From positions 30,256,001 to 30,320,000 of the forward strand of contig NC_083227.1 in NCBI RefSeq assembly GCF_032191835.1: a DNA stretch of 64,000 nucleotides, in the 5' to 3' direction. A model generated the notes under the pieces. The model saw only the letters and a program-made list of their open reading frames with translations. It was not told where the DNA came from and did no database searches. The DNA comes from Heteronotia binoei (Eukaryota). A program made the translations under genes and the position numbers. Below are positions 43,843-54,600 of this stretch, piece by piece; position 1 is the first letter of the stretch; each line of letters begins with the position of its first letter.

Positions 43843-44204
43843 GCTCCTTTCTCTTCAGTCCGGGAGGGAGGGGGGGAGGCATCCAGCGGCAGACTGGTGA
43901 TCTGTTACCCCGCCTAGAGACAGCCTCCTTGCAAACGCCTGGGATGCAAAGGAGGAAGAATCTCCATCCCAAGGCGCTTTCTCCAATCTAGGCTCTGTGG
44001 CTCCAGCATCCAGGGCTTGAGTTCAGTTGCCGGAAGCGGAAATTCTCCGTCGCTGCTTAGTGAGAAAAAGAAAGTATTACTTTCCCTTCTCTTTCTCGAG
44101 GAAGGGATTTAGCGTCATCCCGGAGTCATTTGCCTGAAGTGGAAATTCTCCGTCGCTGCTTAGTGAGCAAACGAGAGCAAGTGTTTCGCTTTCTCTTCCG
44201 TGAT

Positions 44205-44285
44205 GGAGCTTTGCGAGGAAGCTGCCTGGACTTTTGCAGGGACCCGTGGGTGACCATTGCCGAGTGCGCCCACAACTTCTGCTGA
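44205..44285 (+). pseudogene. RING-domain fragment of a lost TRIM exon 1
   Basis: GAGCTTTGCGAGGAAGC / TGCCTGGACTT..GACCCG.GGTGACCATTGCCGAGTGCGCCCACAACTTCTGCTGA aligns to 45667-45753 with internal deletions. Confidence 0.75.
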
Positions 44286-44380
44286 CAACACCACAGGACT
44301 CCGGGGGTTCAAATACTACCAACGAACAGCTACCCCCATAAATAACCAAACAGTTAAACAATGTAAACGTTCTAATTAAT

Positions 44381-44785
44381 AGATCCAAGTGGCAGCCGTG
44401 TTGCTCTGAAGCAGTAGAACAAAGCAGGAGTCAAGTGCACCTTTAAGACTAAGAAAGTTTTATTCAGAATGTAAGCTTTCGTATGCATGAAAACTAGGTG
44501 GACAAGAACTAGGAAATGCATGTCCTTTTGTTTTACCTAGACTTTCAGCACCAGCAATTAACAGGTACCTTTTATTGCTATTCAGACCAAATGGTCTTCC
44601 AGTTTATTATACTATTTGCATTTGATCCTTGGTATCAGTTTAAACTTTTAACCCACCAGCTACATGTATTTCAACCCACTGTCCTTTATCCCCTCATCTG
44701 AAGAAGTACGCATGCATACGAAAGCTTACATTCTGAATAAAACTTTCTTAGTCTTAAAGCTGCCACTTGACTCCTGCTTTGTTCT
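44381..44785 (+). mobile_element. Penelope-like pseudo-LTR with inverted partial copy and hammerhead core
   Basis: Arms 44416-44489 (minus) and 44711-44785 (plus) differ at 2 positions; core CTGAAGA-A-GTACGCATGCATAC-GAAAGCTT at 44698-44727. Confidence 0.75.
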
Positions 44786-45597
44786 GATTCATACAAATTG
44801 TAACACTGAATATGCAAAAGTTATACAAATGATATATCAACAATTTAAGTACATATAAGCATTCATACACTCCATCCAAAAATTTGCTCTCATCAATCTT
44901 GAAAACCATATGTAACTGCAACTGGTAACTTCATAAAGAAGCGCTACTACTGAGAGGAATTAGAGCACTCCGATCCATCTGACCGGTGTTCAATACAATT
45001 CTGGTTTCATACGTCTTGGTCTCCGGCTGCGAGGTTCAACGGAGCCATATCCTCTGAAAACAGTGATTTTTCTTCCAAACGAGGAAAAACAATTCAAAAC
45101 GGGACGCCCAAGCCTCTAGATCAAGATAGTTTCATTTATTAAAATATTTATACATCAGCAATGTACTAGTTCCCAGATTTCATTTTATTTAAATAACTTT
45201 GCAGTCCTTTTTTTTCCCTTCCAGACTTATAGAGCCCCGCCCACCTCACACGGTGCCTGTTGTAGGGCAGGAAAGTAAAGGAGATTGTAAACCGCCCTGA
45301 GAGTCAGAGTGAAGGGCGGGGTATAAATCCAATTTCTTCTTTGGGAGGGAGGAGCTGCTGGAAACAGAGAAGCCTCTCCTTAGTCCCAAAAGCAGCCCAG
45401 CTGCTAGTCCCCAGGAAGGCAAAGGGAAGGGTCTCCACTCTCCGAGGCGTTGGGAAGCGTTTTCCTCTTCCTCCTCCCCTCCTTTTTCTAGCTGTTTCTT
45501 CTTCGGGCAGCTCTTTCTTCCCGAGTCTTTGACTGGGCGCTAGCAGAGAGACCTTGTTTCCAGGGCGGGAAACGCCCTCTTGCTGCTGGGAGAGCGG

Positions 45598-45615
45598 GAA
45601 AGAGAAACGGAAAGT
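45598..45615 (+). promoter_or_regulatory. Triple GAAA IRF/ISRE-type element upstream of TRIM B
   Basis: GAAA-GA-GAAA-CG-GAAA-GT ends 27 nt before the ATG at 45643 and matches GAAANNGAAA twice. Confidence 0.55.
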
Positions 45616-45642
45616 AACTCATTTCTCCTTCTGGAGGCGACC

Positions 45643-48600
45643 ATGGCAGCTGAGGATCCCGTGCAGGAGCTCCGGGAGGAAGCCTCTTGCTCCATCTGCC
45701 TGGACTTCTTCAGCGACCCGGTGACCATCGCCGAGTGCGGCCACAATTTCTGCCAAGCCTGCTTGACCCGCAGCTGGGGGGAGGCGGGGGCCCAGCCTTC
45801 CTGCCCCCAATGCAGAGGAAGGGCTCAGAAGAGGAAGCTCCGGCCGAACCAGCTGCTGGCCAACTTTGTGGAGATCATTAAGAAACTCCGTTCTTCGAAA
45901 GAGACGGGGAGAGTCTGCGAGAAGCACCAGGAGCCCTTGGAGTATTTCTGCAAGGAAGACGAAGCCCCCCTTTGCCTGATCTGCGGGGTATCCCAGGCGC
46001 ACAAAGATCACCAGGTACTTCCTCTGGAGGAGGCGATCAAAGAAAACACGGTGAGAAATCTCTGGAGGAAGGCTCCTTTCTCCCAATGTGCGGCTCAAAA
46101 CTTCACTTGGGTGCAGTGGTCTCTCAAGCTTAGGGTTCTTTGCTGCATATTGGCTTGTAACGTTTAATAAAAGAAGAATTGCAGATTTATACCCCGCCTT
46201 TCTCTCTGAATCAGAGACTCGGACCTGCTTACAATCTCCTCTGTCTTATTCCTCCCACAACTGATACCCTGTGAGGTGGGTGGGGCTGAGAGGGCTATCA
46301 CAGCAGCTGGCCTTTCGAGGATAACTCCTGCAAAAGCTATGGCTGACCCAAGGCCATTCCAGCAGCTGTAAGTGGAGGAGTAGGGAATCAAACCGGGTTC
46401 TCCCAGATAAGAGTCCGCACACTTAACCACTACACCAAATTAATGTGATATTAATATATTATTTCTTCCCCTGTCAGCCACAAAATGGCTTGCAATGCAG
46501 CAACTAGTAATAAAGGGATCAAAAAGGTGTTTGAGGGGAGGGTTTTCATCGTGATTGTAGGGGCTGACTGCCTCCTCTCTTCCTCACCCCATCCCACCAG
46601 AAGATCACCCTTTGTTCATAGCCCTCTCCAAACTGGTGCCCCACCCAGCCTTCGCTGAGAAGTGGCCATTAGGTGCGGAACCTGTGCCACAGAATCCCAT
46701 TTCTCCCCACTTAGGGTGTGGCCTTTCCATTCTTTTCAGTGGCCCTCCCCTGGGCCCTCCCATACTGAGACTGAGGTGTGTGGCCAGTCCAAGAGGCTTT
46801 GCTGCCCAAAGAGATCTCTGTAAAAGGCCTCCAAATGTTGGTCTTTGATGAAGTGGGATTTCCAACATTGTGGATCTGTGATTGTTAATATGAAGGAAGA
46901 AGCAGAAGGCAAGAAGAGTCTATCTTGTTTCCAGAAACCAAGCACTACATAGCTGGCATGGTCAGGGCTAACTTTGTGCCAAGTCTCATAGTGAGGACTC
47001 AGAGCCTGTTCTCAGAGCCAGGTTGAAGGCAGAAGTCCTTAAATAGAGAATTTGGAAAGGGGAGCTAAGAGTTCTCCACAAGGAACCCACAGGTGCCCTC
47101 CATACTGAATCCTTCTGGATCCAGGATGTGAAGGAATGTCTTGTTTTGTTGTATTTTAAAATACAGAAGATTTAAGATCCAAGGAAGACAAAATTCCAAA
47201 GCAAACACGATGAGCCGATACTCATCCTGAAGTGAGTTAACTTAACTCACTTAACTTAAAAATGAATCCTGTGTCTTTGTTTTGGGCATCAAACTTAACT
47301 CACTTCAGGATTGGTATCGGCTCGTCGTGGCTGTATCAAAATCCAGAATTGTCATGCATTTGTCTGGAGGGCCACCTAGGAGATGTTGTCTGTGAGGGAC
47401 AGGACATTCTGGTTGGGATTTAAATCTAAAATTTGTCTTAAAAACCTATCAGAGTCCATCACGTTCATGCAGTTCCAGCTTCACTACCTAACAGATTTGG
47501 ATCCACTTTTGGAGGCTTGTCGTCATAGGCTCCCAGGAATGTGAAAGAAATGAATAGTGTGGTATATGGAAGTTCCTCTGGCACAATGCAAATGGCAGCT
47601 CAAAGCACGTGCAGGGAGAATGTGGTTTACTAGGAAAAGGGAGTTCTGATTTGTTCATTGACCTCCAAAAGAATTGGAGGTTTTATATAAGTTCTGTAAT
47701 CCTGTTTCTCCCAACATCCCCAGCTGAGGGAGGACCTGAGTTTGTTAATGAAAAGAGGGATTACAAAAAGAGAAGGCAGTAGTGTCTGCAGCCCACTGGT
47801 CTCCACTTTCTAAGAGGTAGGATGGCTAGCAGGCAAAAAATGAACACTTAAAAAAACAGCTCTCAGACCCGTCAGTCACTGGCAACCATTTATAAGTAGA
47901 ACTTAAAATACAAGTAGAGTTTAGTCCAAAATGGAAGGGTGAGGAATGAAAGCAAGACACATGTATAGCAAACTCCATTGTAGGCAATGCAACTGAAAGT
48001 GTGAACCCAAGAGGGGATGAGAATCTTTCCCAAGTCTCTCACTCTTTGTCTGCTACGGCTTGGATGACTGTAGTGCTGCTGCTCCTCTTGGGGCTTTTGG
48101 TACAGCTGCAGATCTTCAGAGACTGCAGCTCTCTTGAGGCTTCCCTGTTCCCTGCACCACAGCCTAGATGGCTTCTCCTTCCTTTCCCTCAGAACTCTCT
48201 TCTTCAGTACCTCTCCTACAGCTCACTCACACAGATCAAATAACTCCCTCCTCCAGCTCCAACAGAGCGCAAACCCAGAGGGGTACACTTGGTTACAACC
48301 AGTACAGTTCTGTGAGGAAAAATGAATCCTGTGTCTTTGTTTTGGGCATCAGGCAGTGGTGGTAGCCAGAAAAGGGAGAGTTTGCCAGAAGCACCAGGAG
48401 CCCCTGAAGCTCTTCTGCAAGGACGATGAAGCCCTCATCTGTGTGGTCTGTGACCGATCCAAGGAGCATAGAGATCACGAAACCCTTCCGCTTGAGGAGG
48501 CCTCCCAAGAGTACAAGGTAGGAAATCAATATGGAGGATGGTGAGGAAGAGCCATGAACCCTTTCCCTCTTCTTGGTCTCTTTGCTGCCTCCTTCCTGGC

Positions 48601-51600
48601 TAGGTGGCTCCCTCAGGTATTGTCTCGTTCCCACCTGCTGAGGCTAAAGCAGTGTGATAGAGGAAGATGGAATTCCTTCTTCTCTGGCTGGGTTAACATC
48701 TGACCAGTAGATGTCTAAAATGGGGAGGAGATGGAATCTCAGGTGTGATGTTCCTCCTTCCCCCCCCCCCATGGGAAAATGTTTTTGAGGGTCTTGTTGC
48801 AGACATGGGGCAGTTCTACCTAATTTGGCCCTTGATAGTCTTGTTTCTCATATGTTTTATAGTAAACGTCTAAAATGGGAAAAAAACCTCAGTCCCCCGT
48901 CCCCCCCACTTTCTGTTCCCCCAGGATCAGTTCTGCAGCTGTCTGGAGATTCTGAAGAAGAAGAGAGAGAGAATTGCAGGATATAGAGATTCTGCAGAGA
49001 AGGAAAGCCAGGACCTGCTTGTAAGTGTCACCATGGGTGAGAAGTGAAGAGTCTTTGGAACTAGTATGGGGGGGCGGGGTGACAAAGTTCATAAGGGCAG
49101 AAAAATAAACCCACACAAAACCCTCACCCCTTCCAAATTGGACATTGATTCACAGGTGATCAGTATTTAGCAGATCTCCTTCCCATGTTCATTGTGATCT
49201 CTTTAAAAGGCTAAAATGCCCTTCCGATAGGGGTCTCCTAATGAGCCTCTTCCTACTGCAGAGACCAGCTGTTCCTGATGCTGGCCTGATTGTCTTCTTT
49301 TCCCATCTCAGAAGCAAACCACAGAAGAGAAGCAAAAAACATTAGCCAAGTTCAGGCAGCTGCATGTGTTTCTGGAGGAACAAGAGAAGCACCTGCTGAC
49401 CCAGATGGAAGAGGTGGAGAAGGAGATAGCAAGAAACAGGGACCAGCAACTTGCAAGACTCTCTGAGGAACTCTCCTCTCTTGAAAGCCTCATGCAGGAG
49501 ATGGAGGAGAAGAGTCAGCAGCCATCAACTGATCTCCTGCAGGTGAGAATGTGGCAGGAACAGACAAGCTCCCCTTGGGAGAAGGTTGACTCCAAATCCT
49601 TTTCCAGCTTCTGCTGTTCTCTTGTGCCGTCCTTTGCTCAGGCTGAGAATCAAGAGGCCATGACTCATAATGTTGGTGGTAGGGGGGAGGGTTGAGTTTG
49701 CTAATGCCTGTGTTCCAGAAAGACATCAAAGTACCTTATTTGGTGTGACCCTCATTCAATAGGAAAAGTGGCACCATTTTAGTCACTTGGTGAGTGACTG
49801 AAGGTCTAGAGCAGGGGTGGGAAACCTCTGTCCCGAGGGCCGTATACGGCCCTCGAGGTCACTTGGTGCGGCCCTTGGGGATTGCTGGGCCGAACTGAGC
49901 TATGTGGCAGCCTTCCTGGGGCCTGGCTGGCCGACCAGAATTGCTGCAGGACCTAGAAAAGTTACTGTCACAGTTCAGTTTGCACTTGATTTCCCAGATG
50001 GTGTCGCCTAATATGCTAATGAGTGTGTAACCTAATATGCTAATATTAGGGGATGTGGTCTAATATGTTACTGAGTTCCTGCTGGGCTTTTTCTACAAAA
50101 AAGCCCTGGACCTATCATTTGCCTAGGGCGGTGGGCCGTGTGTGTGTGCCAGATTAGGCTCTTCCCTCATGACTTAAAATAGAAAAACAATTACTTGCAT
50201 TAATTTTGCTGGCCTGAATTATTCTCCCTTGGCAGAGCACTGTTTTTTAAATTGATAATTTTTATGGCCTGCAAATTATGTTATAAATATCCATATGGCC
50301 CTTGGCAGAAAAAAGGTTCCCCACCCCTGGTCTAGAGGAAGTTCTTGGATGATTCAAGCGGAGAAGGAGGGATGGCTGTTATTTGAGTGGTCAACTACAG
50401 GATGGAGGAATTTTTGAAGTGTTTGTATTTGTATGTGTATGTTTTTGTGATTCATGGGTAACTCTTCAGGACAACCAGAAATTGTGCAAGATATTCTGTA
50501 GCCTTCTTCGTCAGACACTTCTTTAATGGCGTTACATTGTTTGCTCATGTTCTTCCCTCATGAAGTTCTCCCATTTTATCAAGATCCAGCTCCCATCCTT
50601 GAGTTGGGCATACAATTAAAGTTCGAATGTATTGTCCTCCAGGATCTGGGCGGGGGGAGGAGTCTTCCCAATTTGGCCCAAGTCAGTGACTGGCTTTTCC
50701 TTCTTTTCCCTTCTTTAGGATATCCAAAGCACCATGCAGAGGTAAGTGGGTCCCTCTCTCTCATTACTCTCCAGATGGTGGGATGGATCTGGGTAGCAAG
50801 TAAAGAAAGTGTCCCTTCTGGCTCAGGACCACAACACATGATTATGATCACAGATTTCCATCTGTTTGTAAATGGAAAACTATAGATAAACCCAAACCCA
50901 TGGACAGAAAACCATGCCCCCAAACAGCAGGGGTGGTGGTTGTCAGTGTTACGACCTGGCTGTGTATCTCTAGAAAGTTCTGGCAGAATTCTGGTGCTGA
51001 AGCAGAGCTGGTTTTACTTGCCAAACAAGCCTGTATGGGTTGAGATCAGTCACCTCAGCTCTTTCAGTTTCACAAAATGGCAGGTGGTCAGTGTTATTGG
51101 ACTCAGCTGGTGTTTTGGTTGGCATCTGGGCTGCTTAGAGGGCCATTTGAGTGTCAAGCTCTGTGATGAAAACTGCCCAATCTAGGGTGTGCTGTGTGGG
51201 AGGGAGGCTACTCATGAGGAAACAGAAGCTGAGGCTTGTGCCATCAGCATTCCTGCTGCCTCATAGTACTTAACAGGTGCTGCTCTTTCTTAGACTAGAG
51301 GCTGTCATGGCTGATGATTGGAAACTTTGCCTCTCTGCTGTACATTTCCCCAGACATTTTTACAGGAAGGAGCATGTGACATTATTGGGCTTGAAGTTTC
51401 CATGCCCCACAGAGGTTGCAGGTGATTTAAAGAAGCAGAATCATAAAGTTGGAAGGGTCCTTCAGGGTCATATAGTCCAGTGTCCTGCAGAATGCAGGAA
51501 ATTCACAAATGCCTCCCCTACACACTCACCTCCAGTGACCCCTGCTTCATTCCCAGAAGACAGCAAAAAAAAACCCTTCTAGGATCCCTGGCTAAACTGG

Positions 51601-54600
51601 CCTGGAGAAAAATTGCTGCCTGACCCCAAAGTGTTGAACAGCATTTAACTAGGCATGTAAAAATAGGGTCATGAAAACTAAGCACTGATGCAACCCTTCC
51701 TTCCCTCCTCCTTATAAGTTCACAGAATCACCATTGTTGTCAGATGGTCATCTAGCCTCTGTTTAAAAGCCTCCAAGGAAGGAGAGTTCACCATCTCCTG
51801 AGGAAGCCTGTTCCACTGAGGGACTACTCTGACTGTCAGGAAGTTCTTCCTAATGTTTAGCAGAAAACTCATTTGATATAATTTCAACCTTTGGGTTCTG
51901 GTCCGCCCTTCTGGGGCAACAGAAAAAAGCTCTGTGCCATCCTCTATATTAGCGTTTCCCATTTGCAGGGTCATGACCCAGTACCGGGCCATGGAAGGTC
52001 ACAAGAAAAGCCAAAGCTAGCCCCGTCCCCAGCAAAGCATGAGCTCTGTTCTGCTTTCTTTCTTCCCCCGTCTCTGTGTTGTGCAGAGAAAAGCTAGCCT
52101 TGAAGACTGACACAGGCTGCAAAGCCTAAGCTCTGTTTGGCTTCCTTCTTTCTCCCTGTGTTGTGCAGAGAGGAGCTGGGCTGCCTCTCCTTCCTTCTCC
52201 TCCCCTCCCAGTGTTTGAGAAAAAAGCTGGAGGCCACTGGCACTTTAGATCCGTGCAGTGTTCTTCAAGCTTTCATGTGTCTTGCAGTATGTTCTTTTGA
52301 AGAGATTTCCCCAGGAGGTCTGGGTGGCAAAGAAGAGGGAGATCTTTTTTCAGTCGCGAGGGGAGTGGGCATTCCAGTAGCTATTTTTTTATATACCAAA
52401 CAACCCCTGGGCAGAATTGTTGCTGGCTGGGGTCATCTGATGGTAAGGCTTTTTTTTTCTTTTGTGGGAGGGCTTCTAGTACCCTGGTCCCACTGGTGGA
52501 CATTCTGGTGCTTTTGGGTCTTTCTTTCTTTTTTTTCTTTTTTCCCTTTCTTTCTCGCTCTGTCTGTCGCTCTCGCTCTGTCTCTCTCTCTCCCTCTCTC
52601 CCTCCCTTTTTACTGAATGAAACTTTTCTGTTCAGCATACTGTTTTTGCAGACATAGGAGCTCTGCCAATGAAAAGTTGGCATCCCCAGTTGTAGCCAGA
52701 TGGCCTTTCTATGAGATTTCTGTGTGAGTGAGAGTCAGAGGTGTGGGGCAGAAAGAGATTACTGGAGATTACTGCTGTATATCTCAACAGCACTGGAAGT
52801 GATGGTACTATGAACTTGGCACCATTTTACTGGTCCTGTAGATGTTAAAAAGGATGAAAGATGTTCACTGGCTAAATATCTGCACAACAGGTTGCTTTTA
52901 AAGACATGGGAAACACAGCCAGTAGAAAGCTGCAAGCCCCTCATAAATATCCTTTCTGGGATAACGGCAGAAAAGCTTGTATGGACTTCATATAACTTGA
53001 AATTAATTCATTAATTGTAGTACAATTCTCTGCTGCCTTTCATAGCAATTTCCCAGTGTTTCAGCCAAGGAAAAGTATGAAAAATATCTGTCAAAAGATT
53101 TTCTTGAAACCAAACAACCTTGGTTGTAGCTTGAGGCAGGGTTCCAGTAATAGCAGCTGAAGGAAGGGCCTACTAAATGTGTCAGCATATTTTGAGGTAG
53201 AGCAGCTGCCAGAGCACAGTGTGGGTGGTACACAGTGCTGGCATTCCTGATGGCAATGGCAACAGCTCTCCCAACTGCATACACTGGCCAGTGCTATTGA
53301 GGAAGGGGTGTGTAGGTGGTGCAGGCAATTGAACATGGGCATTAGGAGTGCTTGCAAGCTGGAGAAGAACGCACAGATAGGTCCATGCAGGTGTGGGGGT
53401 GGAAACAGAGGACCCTGGGAATGTATGAAAAAGTTGCAAATCACCCACTTTCCACCACCATTTTGGCTCAGTATGAGTTTCAGAGAGATTTTTCTGGAAA
53501 CAAAGTTACTTCAGAAGAAGAGACAGGTTTAGGAGAGTGCCCTAGAAGTGACATCACAGGAAAAGGTGGAGTTTTGGTTCAGTGTGCTGCAGAAGTGACA
53601 TCACTCGACCCTTGACCTGAAAGTGACACCACAGGAAATGACATGATTCCCGACTCCTGGCTCCACCCCCAAATTTTAGTGGGCCATGAAGGAGAAATGT
53701 AAAAATAACCAGGAAAGAAAAGTTTGGGAAACCCTGCTCTATATGACAGCCCATCATTTACTTGAAGATGGTGATCATATCACCTCTCAGTCATCTCCTG
53801 ATACTTTTGGGTGCAGTGATGTCATGTGTTGTGCTTCTGGGATTAATAGGGAAGCGAACCTGGGCCCAGTCCTGGTCCTGCTGTCTAATCACTGTACCAC
53901 ATTAGCAGGTACATGTTAAGAAGCAGGGTTGAAGGATTGCTGCTGTTAGACTAAAAATCCCTGTTCCTCTTGATGTCTGATTTGGCCTTAAGGTCTTTGG
54001 CTTTGGGATCTCAAGAGTAACTGCAAAGAGTGTAAACTCTCTTCTTTCCAAAGGACTATAAACAACATGTTCCTTTGCAGAGTTTTGCTTAATGCAAAAA
54101 TTCCTGGTTCAGGCTTGAGGCCTATGTATTCTTTCCCAGAGAGATACTTGAAACAGCAGACACAGTGACCTTCAAGCTAAATTTTTTACATCTGGCTGAG
54201 GCGTAGCAGTCTTGGCAAACACCAACTGAGAATATGGCCTTGCACCTGGGAACAGAGATGAGCTGGTTTCATTTCTTCTCCCTTTTGTGAATCACTTGTC
54301 TCAGTAACAAGAGAGTTATAATCACCTCTCAGGTTTTGATTGGCCCATTCAGGCCTGGGGCCCATCGGAATCCTTTCTGTAAAGTTAGTTAGCTTTTGCC
54401 TTGCTCTAGTTTGGTGACCATTTTGGCGGGAATTATGTCAGCTGTTGCCCAGCTCAGCCTTCCTTGGTGTCTATCTTGCATTGCTGTTTGTGGGCTAAGG
54501 CCCTTTCTGGTCTTTGAAGAGCAGAGCCTCTTGATGCTGAACTTGTCAGCTTTGGATTACAAGTGGTAACTATGAACTTTGCTTACTTTGTTAGTTAACC

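Noticed and set aside
48064-48100. Signal-peptide-like [12 protein letters not shown] upstream of the second B-box exon (secreted, vespryn-like isoform idea)
   Set aside because: Weak donor (G|GTACAG), not conserved in paralog A, and the ORF ends in a stop within the intron.
53180-53300. Furin-like Cys spacing ([21 protein letters not shown]) in the hAT cargo ORF
   Set aside because: The pattern is broken in copy 2 and Cys richness is expected from TG/CA-rich sequence; needs a profile hit.
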